From positions 129,455 through 193,454 of the forward strand of contig JAJDTG010000022.1 in the NCBI GenBank assembly GCA_022827275.1: a stretch of DNA of 64,000 bases, written 5' to 3'. This document shows, piece by piece, positions 26,523 to 36,046 of this stretch (its first letter is position 1; every line of letters starts with the position of its first letter). The notes under the pieces were generated by a model. The model was not told the DNA's origin and searched no databases. It saw nothing but the letters and a program-made list of their open reading frames with translations. A program made the translations under genes and the position numbers. The stretch is from Candidatus Dadabacteria bacterium (lineage in GTDB: Bacteria; Desulfobacterota_D; UBA1144; Nemesobacterales; Nemesobacteraceae).

Positions 26523-26885
26523 ATGAAGTTTTTACCGTTATTGCTGATGTTAGTGACCGCGTTCTCGCTACCTGCTTATGCCCAAAGCAGCGGGACGGGC
26601 CACGACTGGCATTCGGGAAACAGCTACTATTGGAATACGGATTCCGGGGGCAAGACGACCGTTCATGGCTTTGACACGAAAACAGGGGCGTACTGGAATG
26701 CGACTATCGAACCGGATGGGGACATGAAGGGCTACGACAGCAATTACAATCCCTGGAGTTACGATAGCGGGACGGGATATTACCATAATTTCGGCACAGG
26801 CGAGAATTGTATCGGAAAAGGCTATGTCCGTACATGTTACTGGGGAGGCGTGCTGAATGGTCCCATGGGCAGGGGCAATCAATGA
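26523..26885 (+). CDS. Small secreted Tyr/Trp/Gly/Asn-rich protein (120 aa)
   Basis: Signal peptide MKFLPLLLMLVTAFSLPAYA. Mature part has three loosely repeated aromatic units (SYYWNTDSGG / GAYWNATIEPDG / NPWSYDSGTG) and 2 Cys. Confidence 0.6.
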   Translation: MKFLPLLLMLVTAFSLPAYAQSSGTGHDWHSGNSYYWNTDSGGKTTVHGFDTKTGAYWNATIEPDGDMKGYDSNYNPWSYDSGTGYYHNFGTGENCIGKGYVRTCYWGGVLNGPMGRGNQ

Positions 26886-26954
26886 GTAAGACGGTCGCTA
26901 TGAAGATGGTCAGTAAGGGGGAGGATTGCCGGTGTCAAGGGCATTTGATAGACT

Positions 26955-28034
26955 CTAGAATCGCTCCAGAATCTCGTAATAGGTATTTCTCTGTGCGGGA
27001 TTAAACCCGGCGCTTTTTATCATGTGAACAAGTTCGTCCACAGTCGAGCGGATCTTGTTCTCAGCGCACCCTAAGACGTTTTCGTCGTAAAGAGTCCCGC
27101 CAAGGTCGCTCGCGCCGTAGTGCAGGGACATTGAACCCATTTTTTTTCCCTGGGTAAACCAAGAGCCTTGTACATGCTTGAAGTTATCAAGGAATATCCT
27201 GCATACTGAGAGGACCCTAAGGTATCTCTCTCCACCGACCTCGTCTTTTATTCTTTTCTCAAGCAGGGTGTTCTTGGGCTTAAATGTCCAGGGGATAAAC
27301 GCCAGGAAATTTCCCGTTTCATCCTGAAGCTCTCTTATTCTGAGTAGGTGCTCGATTATGTCCTCATCTTCCTCGAGGTGGCCGAACATCATGGTCGCAG
27401 TTGTTTTGAAGCCCGTCAGGTGAGCTTCCCTGGTGATTCTCATCCAGGTGTCGGCATCTATCTTGAGAGGGCTTATCGCTCTTCTCGCCCTGTTGGACAG
27501 TACCTCTGCTCCGCCTCCTGGTATTGTTCTTAGCCCCGCGTCCCAGAGGCTTTGCAGCACGTACCTCGTGTCGAGGTTTTCATACTTGGCAATGGCGGCT
27601 ATCTCCGGGGCGGAGAATGCGTGGAGATGAAGATCTGGTATCTCTTTCGTGGTCCTTTTTACGATTTCGATGTAGTAGTCAAGCTTCAGTTCCGGGTTAT
27701 GGCCGCCCTGCAGAAGGACGGTAGTGGCGCCGTTGTGGTAGGAAGTGCGCATTATCTCAATCACTTTGTCGACGCTCATGGTGTAGGCGTCGTAGGCGCC
27801 CGGCGGTCTCCAGAAGGCGCAGAAAAGACATTCCGTGTCGCAGACGTTCGTGTAATTGGGGTTTGTGTCCGCAACGAAGGTCACTATATTTTCCGGATTA
27901 AATTTTTTTCTTACTATATCGGCCAAGGAACCCAACTGGAGCAGGTCGGCCTTTCCGAGAAGCTGGGCGGCTTCGTCGGTCGATATACGCTTACCTTCAA
28001 AAACCTTCGCGTAGATATTTTCAAGCGAACTCAT
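26955..28034 (-). CDS. Radical-SAM menaquinone (futalosine pathway) enzyme, MqnC/MqnE family
   Basis: NYTNVCDTECLFCAFWRPPG is a CxxxCxxC cluster in the context typical of MqnC/MqnE/CofH. TVLLQGGHNP also present. I prefer the ATG at 28034 (MSSLENIYAKVFEG...) over the track start at 28100. Confidence 0.8.
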   Translation of the reverse strand: MSSLENIYAKVFEGKRISTDEAAQLLGKADLLQLGSLADIVRKKFNPENIVTFVADTNPNYTNVCDTECLFCAFWRPPGAYDAYTMSVDKVIEIMRTSYHNGATTVLLQGGHNPELKLDYYIEIVKRTTKEIPDLHLHAFSAPEIAAIAKYENLDTRYVLQSLWDAGLRTIPGGGAEVLSNRARRAISPLKIDADTWMRITREAHLTGFKTTATMMFGHLEEDEDIIEHLLRIRELQDETGNFLAFIPWTFKPKNTLLEKRIKDEVGGERYLRVLSVCRIFLDNFKHVQGSWFTQGKKMGSMSLHYGASDLGGTLYDENVLGCAENKIRSTVDELVHMIKSAGFNPAQRNTYYEILERF

Positions 28035-28290
28035 AGAGAAAATTAATAAAGCTAATAGCGGAGGCAAAGTCAATTCCGCAAGCGGTGTTCCTGAAACCAA
28101 ATTCGAAACAGGTCCGAACGAAAAATCTCCAGCAGTTAAGAAAAAACGTAATAATCTAGAGATTTAGTGTCTATGCCTACGGGCTGGTGATGTGATAAAA
28201 GTTTAAAAGATTATTTGCGAGTGATTTTAAGGTTTTATCCAGAACTCTGACCGCCAGCGCTCCGTATTTACCACTCAGCTATTTCATTTG

Positions 28291-28334
28291 AATAAAAAAA
28301 GGAAGGCTAAGCTGTGGTAGCAACCTGGCCTTCC
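28291..28334 (-). terminator. Intrinsic terminator-like hairpin on the minus strand (orphan: no annotated gene upstream of it)
   Basis: Minus strand reads GGAAGGC-(20 nt loop)-GCCTTCC followed by TTTTTTTATT. Stem arms are at 28328-28334 and 28301-28307; the A-run on plus is 28294-28300. Confidence 0.5.
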
Positions 28335-28780
28335 CATTCAAAGCGCAAAGACTTATAAAGAACCGCCTTGGCTCTTCCAAGGAGGTAACACAGATATGAA
28401 GCCATGTTACCGAAGAGTTAGTACTAATACCAGAAAAGAGAGATAATGTCAACCAGGAGGTTGACGTCAACCTACCATCCAAGCACTACATACTGTCCAT
28501 TACTTGCAAGTGGTTTTACATTTGGAGAAGAAATGCGTGACTATTCTCTGATTTTCTTCGTGAGAAGGCGATTTATAATTGGAGGAAGTTGCAGTATTGG
28601 TATTACATTTAAGAAACTGTTAGTGTGAGGATACACATTTTGATAGAAGGTCGGGCTCTGCTGGTTCCCTACCGACTGTTTTTAAGATGACGTATAATGA
28701 GAAATAATGGAGTTCACGGAATTAAAGATGTTGTTCCCAAAAAAATATGCTCTGTACCTGTTCAGAGGTTTTGGACATCC

Positions 28781-29581
28781 ATGGTCAAGATCTCAATTGT
28801 TGCCGTTTTGTGTATGATGGTAACGGCATGCTTCGCGGATTCTCGGGTATCCCCACCTGCTGTTATCTCACCTGATTCGTGCGGCGACAAGGCACCGGTT
28901 GTCACTCGCGGAATTCTTGAGCGGACTAGCGAGTCTGATTCTGTGATTCTAGCCCGTCGCATCTTAGAACTCCCGGATCCTTCCGAACACAGTCTGATCG
29001 ACGAGATAGCGCGGGTCCTAGGGATAATACGTTCTACATGGCCGGAGATGGCCGAGGTGAACGCGCGCCCAAGATGGGAACCCGGGACGCTAATCCTGCG
29101 TTTGGAACCATCGTTGTTTGAGGCTGTGTCTGCCGGTCTGCCCGGAGAGGGCGTTTCCGCTCCCTTCTGCACAAGGCATCCCGAGTTTGACGCTCTTAAC
29201 GCTGCGTTCGGCCTTCGAGCCGTGGAAATTCTTCCTTTTGAATATACGCGGGTCATCGTGATCAGGTTTGACCCGAGCGAGCATATCTACTCTGCGGGCG
29301 CATCATATGAGGAAATAGAAGAAGTCATTTACGCCAGGCCCGAGCTCATGTTGGGAGGTGGTTCCGATATTGAAGTGCTGCGGTCGGAGGGGAAATGGTA
29401 CGCGGTGTTTCGCAGGGCATGGGGCGATTGTCCGTCGGGCTGTATTTTCTCAGAGCTCCACTTCTTTGTCGAACACAAAGGTGAAGTCGAACGAATTGAT
29501 CCGGAGCGCGCAGCGAAAATCGAGGAATTTTCCAAGATCCTTGCGGAGCGCAGATGGACGCACCGGCCCGAAGGACAGTAG
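28781..29581 (+). CDS. Hypothetical lipoprotein
   Basis: ATG at 28781 gives MVKISIVAVLCMMVTAC, a lipobox-like VTAC. The track start at 28697 is an upstream in-frame ATG. No functional motif. Confidence 0.6.
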   Translation: MVKISIVAVLCMMVTACFADSRVSPPAVISPDSCGDKAPVVTRGILERTSESDSVILARRILELPDPSEHSLIDEIARVLGIIRSTWPEMAEVNARPRWEPGTLILRLEPSLFEAVSAGLPGEGVSAPFCTRHPEFDALNAAFGLRAVEILPFEYTRVIVIRFDPSEHIYSAGASYEEIEEVIYARPELMLGGGSDIEVLRSEGKWYAVFRRAWGDCPSGCIFSELHFFVEHKGEVERIDPERAAKIEEFSKILAERRWTHRPEGQ

Positions 29582-29757
29582 TTATTGGCCGGCTAGCTTG
29601 CTGCACAGAAGCAGTCGGTGCTGTTTTTCTTTGCTGTGTATTTTGATCCATTTTTGTTATTCTGTTTGAGGAGGTCTTGCCCGGTGGTATGTCGGGGTTT
29701 TCCCTTCCGTGACTGGTGTGCGCCGGGACTTGTAACCGAGGATTGATATCTGCTTAG

Positions 29758-31512
29758 GTGTGTGGCTTGAAGAAATTTCCTGAAAAAAAGCTCTTCCTTC
29801 TTTTTTTTCTGTTTCTTTGTCTTTCCTGCAGCGGCGCGGGGCTTTTCATTGGCCTCGACCGGGGTCTTGAGAGCGGAGACCAGGAGGATGCCTATTATTA
29901 TTTTGCGCTTTCAAGACTTTATTTCGAGCAGGGAAATCTGCCGGCTGCGCTAGAGAACCTTGAAGCGGCGGAACAGATCGACCCAAAGTCTTCTGAAATA
30001 AAATACCGTCTCGCTCTAATTTATGTGATTCTCAATATGCGCGAGAAGGCCGTCGCCAAGTTTACCCAGTCCATAGTTCTTGATCCGTCAAATTCTCCGG
30101 CTTACAGGGACCTTGCCCGCATTTACCTCGCATACCCTGACGAAACCATGAAGAAGAGGGGCAAGAAATTCCTCCTCAAGGCCGCCGAGATCAATCCCGG
30201 AGACAGGGAAGTCTATCTGCTTCTTTGCGCAACTGAGCTGTATTCCGGCAATCTTGAGGAGGCGCAGCAGTACGCCGAAAAAAGCCTTTCGATAAGTCCT
30301 AGAGATGTCACGGGCCACTTCTACCTTGGAAATATCGCATCCAGACAAGATGATTTCGACACCGCCGTAAAGCACTACGAAAGGGCGCTTGAAATCCAGC
30401 GGACATACTACCCTGCTTTCGTCGGGCTTGTTGAAACCCTTGAGAAGGCGAAAAGAATTGAAGAGGCGATAGAACAGTACGAGTCGGCGATCAGGAAATT
30501 TGCCCCTTACCGGGATGTCTTTATTTCCTACGGGAACATGCTTTACCGCCAGCGCAGGTTCGAAGAGGCCATCAAACAGTACCGCAATGCGGAGGCCTCG
30601 GATCCGGACAATCCCGAGATCAGGTTCAGAGTCGGTCTCCTGCATCTTGAAAGCGGTAATTATGAAGAGGCGATCGGGAAACTGAAGCAGGTTATCAACC
30701 GTCTTCCCGCCCACTTCGAGGCAAAATACTACTCTGCCTTAGCCCACACTAAGCTGGGACGGTATCACCAGTCAAGAAAGCTTCTCGATTCCATACCCGA
30801 GAGTTCCGACCTTTACATAGACGCAGTCATCCACGGGGCCTACATACATGAGCTTGAAGGTTCGCCGCAGAAGGCAATCAAGATACTGAAACCGCTTTAC
30901 GAGAAGAACCCGTACAATCCCAAGGCCGTGAATTCCCTGGGGGAACTCTACGGAAGGCAGGATAGGCAGGAAGACTCGATTTCCTTGTACGGCAAGTATC
31001 TTGAAAAGCACCCCGAAGACGAATCCGTTCTTTATTCTCTAGGAGTCTCCTACTATTACAGCGACCGCATACCGGAGGCGCTCTCGGTAATGGAGGATAT
31101 AGTCAGCAGGAATCCGCAGAGTTTCGATGCGATGAATTTCATCGGGTACACATACGCCGAGCGGGGGAAAAAACTTGATTACGCCGAGGAACTCATTAGC
31201 AGGGCTCTTGAGCTTGCTCCCGGGCGAGGTTACATAATCGATAGCCTTGGGTGGGTTTACTACCAGAAGGGCGATTTCACCAGAGCTCTTGAGTATCTGC
31301 TTCGCGCCTCGAAGATCCCTCCTCCCGACGCGGCCATTTTAGAGCACGTGGGCGATGTGTATGAGAAACTTGGTAGAAGAGAACTCGCGGCGGAGAATTA
31401 CGCAAGGGCCCTTGAGCTTCTGGATTCCAAGAAGCTTGTTACGGCTGAAGATAGAAAAATCCGCGCGAGACTTCAAGAAAAGCTAAAGGAATTCAAACGC
31501 GATGAGGCATAG
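29758..31512 (+). CDS. TPR-repeat lipoprotein (584 aa)
   Basis: Signal/lipobox FLFLCLSCSG. Many 34-aa TPR units (e.g. AYYYFALSRLYFEQGNLPAALENLEAAEQIDP). Confidence 0.85.
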   Translation: MCGLKKFPEKKLFLLFFLFLCLSCSGAGLFIGLDRGLESGDQEDAYYYFALSRLYFEQGNLPAALENLEAAEQIDPKSSEIKYRLALIYVILNMREKAVAKFTQSIVLDPSNSPAYRDLARIYLAYPDETMKKRGKKFLLKAAEINPGDREVYLLLCATELYSGNLEEAQQYAEKSLSISPRDVTGHFYLGNIASRQDDFDTAVKHYERALEIQRTYYPAFVGLVETLEKAKRIEEAIEQYESAIRKFAPYRDVFISYGNMLYRQRRFEEAIKQYRNAEASDPDNPEIRFRVGLLHLESGNYEEAIGKLKQVINRLPAHFEAKYYSALAHTKLGRYHQSRKLLDSIPESSDLYIDAVIHGAYIHELEGSPQKAIKILKPLYEKNPYNPKAVNSLGELYGRQDRQEDSISLYGKYLEKHPEDESVLYSLGVSYYYSDRIPEALSVMEDIVSRNPQSFDAMNFIGYTYAERGKKLDYAEELISRALELAPGRGYIIDSLGWVYYQKGDFTRALEYLLRASKIPPPDAAILEHVGDVYEKLGRRELAAENYARALELLDSKKLVTAEDRKIRARLQEKLKEFKRDEA

Positions 31513-32254
31513 ATGGGTTTTTATTCCGCTCGTTTTTCTCCTTTTTTCCTGCGCCGGCAAACTCCCGCCCGTTACTGCAGACCATCCTGATCTCTCCGCC
31601 ATATTGGCAAAGGCGAAACGCACTCAGATGGGCTTTACTTCGATAAAAGCCAGAGCGAGGATATCAATAAAATCCCCGCAGGGGAAAATTGTTTTCGATC
31701 AGGTGGCCACCGTCGTCCGCCCGGAGTTTTTGAAAGTTTCGGTTTTCGCTCCTTTCGGCGAGATGCTCGCAAGGATAATTTCCGACGGAGAAAGCGTGAG
31801 AATGAAGACCAACTGGGAAGAGTTGATCTTTGAGAATCCGAAAGATTTCAGACTTTCCTACCTTTATCCGGGACTCCCGCCCCAGCTCGGAGTTGAGGAC
31901 ATAGTAAACTTCCTGCTGGGGGGATCCCCGTTTGCTATTCCCCAGAAAAACTACTCTGTGCGGGCCGGGGAGAAGGAAGGGGAGATAATTTTCGTGTTTT
32001 CGGGAAGTGCCCCCCTGCGGGTCACGGTCGATTTCCCGAAAAACTTCATAACCAGAGTAGAAGGCACTCTTTCTGACGGAGAGAAAGCTAAAATTGAGTT
32101 CTCGCTTCTGAAACGGATTACCTCAGACACCTATTTCCCGAGAAAACTGCTGTTTGAGACGGCCGATTACAGTCTCAACGTGAATTATGACGAGAATTTG
32201 CGGGTAAACTCAAAGGCGGATATTTCTTTTTTCCGATCCGCGGAGGAACAGTGA
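31502..32254 (+). CDS. Outer-membrane lipoprotein, LolB/DUF4292-like (tentative)
   Basis: 250 aa with lipobox LLFSCAG. Size and position after a TPR lipoprotein resemble LolB-like proteins. Weak motif support. Confidence 0.4.
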   Translation: MRHRWVFIPLVFLLFSCAGKLPPVTADHPDLSAILAKAKRTQMGFTSIKARARISIKSPQGKIVFDQVATVVRPEFLKVSVFAPFGEMLARIISDGESVRMKTNWEELIFENPKDFRLSYLYPGLPPQLGVEDIVNFLLGGSPFAIPQKNYSVRAGEKEGEIIFVFSGSAPLRVTVDFPKNFITRVEGTLSDGEKAKIEFSLLKRITSDTYFPRKLLFETADYSLNVNYDENLRVNSKADISFFRSAEEQ

Positions 32255-32255
32255 A

Positions 32256-32549
32256 TTGTCGCAGAAACCGCTTGTAAGAAACTTCGTAATAAGAAACCGT
32301 TTGGGTCTTCACGCAAGAGCGGCTGCGGTTCTGGTCGCCCTGACCAGCAGATTCAGTTCCAGTATAATGATAAAGAAAGACAGTTTCGAGATAGACGGAA
32401 AAAGCATACTGGGCGTTCTGTCCCTTGCGGCCATTTGTGGCACTGAAGTTGCCGTTACGATAGAAGGGGAAGACTCGGCGCTTGCAATGAAGGAAGTCTC
32501 CCGTCTGATTGAAAGCGGCTTCGGAGAAGGGGTTAATCTGGAGAACTGA
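32256..32549 (+). CDS. HPr-family phosphocarrier protein
   Basis: 97 aa. NRLGLHARAAAVLV (active-site His) and GKSILGVLSLA (regulatory Ser region). TTG start. Confidence 0.8.
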   Translation: MSQKPLVRNFVIRNRLGLHARAAAVLVALTSRFSSSIMIKKDSFEIDGKSILGVLSLAAICGTEVAVTIEGEDSALAMKEVSRLIESGFGEGVNLEN

Positions 32550-32615
32550 GTTCGGGGCACTCTACAAACAAAATAAGCTGAGCTTGGCTTTCAAGAGAAA
32601 AACACTGTTAGAACC

Positions 32616-33908
32616 ATGAAGATTATAAGGATAAACTCGAAAAACCTGGAAAGAAGGTCAAGAGAAATAGAGAAATCGGCCTCACATTTCGATCCTGAGC
32701 TCGTTTCGCAGACGGAAAAGATTGTAGAGGATGTCAGAGAGCAGGGAGATTCGGCGCTTTTTCGGTATGCGAAGAAGTTTGATGGACTGCATGTAACTGC
32801 GAAAAACGTAAAGGTCACCGATCGTGAGTTTGAAGAAGCGAGAACAGCCGTCGCGCCGGGCATTGCAAGGGATCTTAAGAAAGCCGCTTCGCGGATTCGC
32901 TCCTACCAGAAAAAGAAGCTTCCAAGGGCCGGAGTCTACAAGGATGCGCTCGGAAACGAACTTGGCTGGCTGATAAGACCTATTGAGAAGGTGGGAGTTT
33001 ATGTTCCTGGAGGCAAGGCTTCGTACCCTTCGACCGTACTCATGACCGCCATACCGGCTCGGGTTGCCGGAGCAATCGAGATAAGCGTTGTCACCCCGTG
33101 TTCCGGGAAACGGGTGAACCCCGAGATTCTTCTGGCGTGCGAGATTGCCGGGGTGAGCAACGTCTACAAAATAGGCGGGGCCCACGCCATAGCAGCCATG
33201 GCTTTTGGAACCAGGAGCATACCGAAAGTGGATAAAGTAGTAGGCCCGGGGAATATCTATGTTACGATAGCCAAAAAACTGGTTTATGGTTTCTGCGACA
33301 TTGACATGCTGGCAGGGCCGACCGAGGTTCTGATTATCGCCGACGGTTCGTGTCCGGCGGGATGGGTGGCTGCGGACCTGCTTGCCCAGGCCGAGCATGA
33401 CGAAATGTCAATCCCGATTCTCGCGACCACCAGCTACGATTACGGTAAAGAGGTGAAAAAGGAAGTGCTCTCGCAGCTAAAGGAGCTTGACAGGGAAGAA
33501 ATCGCGGGCGCCGCGGTCTCAAACAACGGGAGAATCTACGTAACCGAGAACATGGAGCAGGCCGTGGCGCTCTCAAACGCGGTTGCTCCCGAGCACCTTG
33601 AACTCTGCGTGCGCGCCCCCAAATCTCTTCTCAAGGGTATAAAACACGCGGGAGCCGTGTTTATGGGTTCTCTCTCGACCGAGCCTTTCGGTGATTATGT
33701 CTCGGGTCCAAGTCACGTTCTTCCAACGGGAGGGGCGGCGAGGTTCTCTTCCCCTCTTAGCGTTTATGATTTCCTGAGGATGCCAAGCACCATATCGATG
33801 TCGAAAAAAGGCTTTTCGTCTCTCGGCGCAACGGTTATGAACCTTGCCCATGCCGAGGGCCTTTCAGGTCACGCATTTTCGGTAAAAAGACGGATTGAGG
33901 ATTCCTGA
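32616..33908 (+). CDS. hisD: Histidinol dehydrogenase
   Basis: 430 aa. GGAHAIAAMAFGT, QAEHDE, APEHLEL, GDYVSGPSHVLPT motifs. Confidence 0.95.
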   Translation: MKIIRINSKNLERRSREIEKSASHFDPELVSQTEKIVEDVREQGDSALFRYAKKFDGLHVTAKNVKVTDREFEEARTAVAPGIARDLKKAASRIRSYQKKKLPRAGVYKDALGNELGWLIRPIEKVGVYVPGGKASYPSTVLMTAIPARVAGAIEISVVTPCSGKRVNPEILLACEIAGVSNVYKIGGAHAIAAMAFGTRSIPKVDKVVGPGNIYVTIAKKLVYGFCDIDMLAGPTEVLIIADGSCPAGWVAADLLAQAEHDEMSIPILATTSYDYGKEVKKEVLSQLKELDREEIAGAAVSNNGRIYVTENMEQAVALSNAVAPEHLELCVRAPKSLLKGIKHAGAVFMGSLSTEPFGDYVSGPSHVLPTGGAARFSSPLSVYDFLRMPSTISMSKKGFSSLGATVMNLAHAEGLSGHAFSVKRRIEDS

Positions 33909-33945
33909 GCAATGTTCACCCTACTGTTTAGGGCGGGAGACGCCA

Positions 33946-35019
33946 GTGTCTGACGCAGGTTCAATTAAAAGCAGGATTTCTAAAAGCGTAAGGTCAATAT
34001 CTGCCTACTCGGTGCCGAGGATTGAGTGCTCGGTGAAGCTTGATGGAAACGAAAGCCCTTACGATTTTGAGGGAGAAGAGAAGGTTGCGCTCTCTGAGCG
34101 GCTCGCGAGACTTCCCGTAAATCGTTATCCGGATCCCGAAGCTCTTGGAGTAAGAACCTCTCTTTCCCGTGCTGTAGATTTCCCCCTAGATGGCATATTG
34201 CTTGGCAACGGCTCAGATGAGATCATACAGATGATTATCGAGGTGTTCGGGGGAAAAAGCGGCCGCGTGCTCGTGCCCTCCCCGACTTTCTCAATGTACA
34301 GGATCACGTCGCTTATTCTTGGAAGACAGGTGACGGAGGTTGAGCTTGATGAAAGCTTTGATATAGATCTCAAGCAGACTTTGGAGACGATTCGCACGCA
34401 GGACCCTGACATCGTTTTTCTCGCGACTCCGAACAATCCTACTGGGAACTCTTTTTCGGAAGAGAAAGTGCTTGAGATCCTAGAGGCAAGCGGCGGCGCG
34501 GTGGTTGTCGACGAGGCCTACTGCGATTTTTCGAAAAAAAGCTATATCCCCCATATAGATAAATATGAAAACCTGCTGGTACTGAGAACAATGTCCAAGA
34601 TAGGGTTTGCGGGAGCGAGGCTTGGAATGTTCTTTGCACAACCGCAGATCGCAGACGAAGTGAACAAGACGCGTCTTCCCTACAACATAAATTCTTTTAG
34701 TCAGCACGTGATGTCTTTTGCTCTTGAAAACCCCGAGGCTATTGAGCGGAAGATAAGCCTTGTATTGAGCGAGAGAGAAAAAGTTCGTGCGTCGCTTGAG
34801 CGGATTGAGGAAATTCATGTTTATCCAACAGACGCGAATTTTTTCCTGGTACGGGTTCCAGACGCGGATTTTCTTTTCGAAGAACTGGTCAAAAACGATA
34901 TTCTGGTTCGCCGCTTCAAGGGAGAGGGACGCCTTGCAAACTGCCTCAGGATCACGGTTGGAACCAGGGAGGAAAACGATCAGCTTATCCAAACCCTAGT
35001 CAGCATATTTTCTTCCTAA
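33946..35019 (+). CDS. hisC: Histidinol-phosphate aminotransferase
   Basis: YPDPEA, LGNGSDE, PNNPTGN, RTMSKIGFAGARLG (PLP Lys) motifs. GTG at 33946 is preceded by GGGAG. The track start at 33895 overlaps the hisD end. Stop TAA at 35017-35019. Confidence 0.9.
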   Translation: MSDAGSIKSRISKSVRSISAYSVPRIECSVKLDGNESPYDFEGEEKVALSERLARLPVNRYPDPEALGVRTSLSRAVDFPLDGILLGNGSDEIIQMIIEVFGGKSGRVLVPSPTFSMYRITSLILGRQVTEVELDESFDIDLKQTLETIRTQDPDIVFLATPNNPTGNSFSEEKVLEILEASGGAVVVDEAYCDFSKKSYIPHIDKYENLLVLRTMSKIGFAGARLGMFFAQPQIADEVNKTRLPYNINSFSQHVMSFALENPEAIERKISLVLSEREKVRASLERIEEIHVYPTDANFFLVRVPDADFLFEELVKNDILVRRFKGEGRLANCLRITVGTREENDQLIQTLVSIFSS

Positions 35020-35037
35020 GTAGCTTTTCACTACGAA
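34996..35037. repeat. Left copy of 42-bp direct repeat (contains the real hisC end and a relic lnt end)
   Basis: CTAGTCAGCATATTTTCTTCCTAAGTAGCTTTTCACTACGAA. The reverse strand still reads FVVKSYLGRKYAD-stop, versus FVVKSYLGRKHDD-stop in the real lnt. Confidence 0.85.
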
Positions 35038-35224
35038 AATCTTGCTTAAAGCCGTTCTCTGCGCACCTGACTGATCTCTTCTCTTTGAGGAAAAGTTAAT
35101 ACAATAAATATTCGAATTTTCGCCTGAAACGTGATTTATTGCATATACAATATACTATTTTGCTTGAATGTGGATTTTAAGTAGTGTATATTCTAATATC
35201 AATAATTCACGTTTTTGGTGATTT

Positions 35225-36046
35225 ATGGACAATAGAACTATACCACAAAGATCGATACCGCAAGGCAGACGCAACCTTGTAGCCGTGATCAATGAGGCTG
35301 GTGACATCATTCGAATTGAAGATGTTGTCTCTGCGCTTCCGGTGAAGAGGCCGGCTGCCGCCAAGCTGCTTTCACGCTGGGCTAGCCAGGGCTGGCTAAG
35401 GCGTGTAGGGACGGGTGCCTATGTTGCGGTGCCTCTTGATTCTCTTGAAAGCGAGCGGATTCTGGATGATCCCTGGATACTGGTTCCGGTTCTTTATGCG
35501 CCTGCCTATATTGGTGGATGGACTGCCGCGGAACACTGGAACCTCACCGAGCAACTGTTCCGCCGAATTCTTGTCATGACCACGAAAACAGTGCGTAGAA
35601 AACACGAGATACGAGATGGGGCACAATTCATGTTGCGTCATATAGAGGAACGGAAATTCTTCGGCACTAAGGCGGTCTGGCGCGGACGGTCCAAAATTCT
35701 GGTTTCTGACGTTCACCGGACGATTGTCGATATGCTTGATGAACCGTCCATCGGCGGGGGGAGTCAGCACATGGCAGATTGCCTGGCTGTTTACCTGAAG
35801 TGTCCTGATCGAAATGATGAAATGCTAATAGACTACGCGGAAGCGCTTGACAACGGCGCGGTTTTCAAACGGCTAGGTTTCTTAGCTGAAAAATATCCCA
35901 ATACTGAGGTTTTGACCGAAACCTGTCTGAAGCATATGACAAAAGGGAATGCCAAACTTGATCCCGCATTGAAATGTTCTCGCTTGGTCTCAAAATGGCG
36001 TCTTCGGGTTCCGCCGAACTGGATAACGGGAGAAGGATATGATTAG
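35225..36046 (+). CDS. abiEi: AbiEi-family antitoxin / transcriptional regulator (type IV TA system)
   Basis: 273 aa. N-terminal wHTH-like segment (IIRIEDVVSALPVKRPAAAKLLSRWASQGWLRRVGTGAYVAVPL) and C-terminal VHRTIVDMLDEPSIGGG, typical of AbiEi. 8-nt overlap with the next gene. Confidence 0.85.
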   Translation: MDNRTIPQRSIPQGRRNLVAVINEAGDIIRIEDVVSALPVKRPAAAKLLSRWASQGWLRRVGTGAYVAVPLDSLESERILDDPWILVPVLYAPAYIGGWTAAEHWNLTEQLFRRILVMTTKTVRRKHEIRDGAQFMLRHIEERKFFGTKAVWRGRSKILVSDVHRTIVDMLDEPSIGGGSQHMADCLAVYLKCPDRNDEMLIDYAEALDNGAVFKRLGFLAEKYPNTEVLTETCLKHMTKGNAKLDPALKCSRLVSKWRLRVPPNWITGEGYD

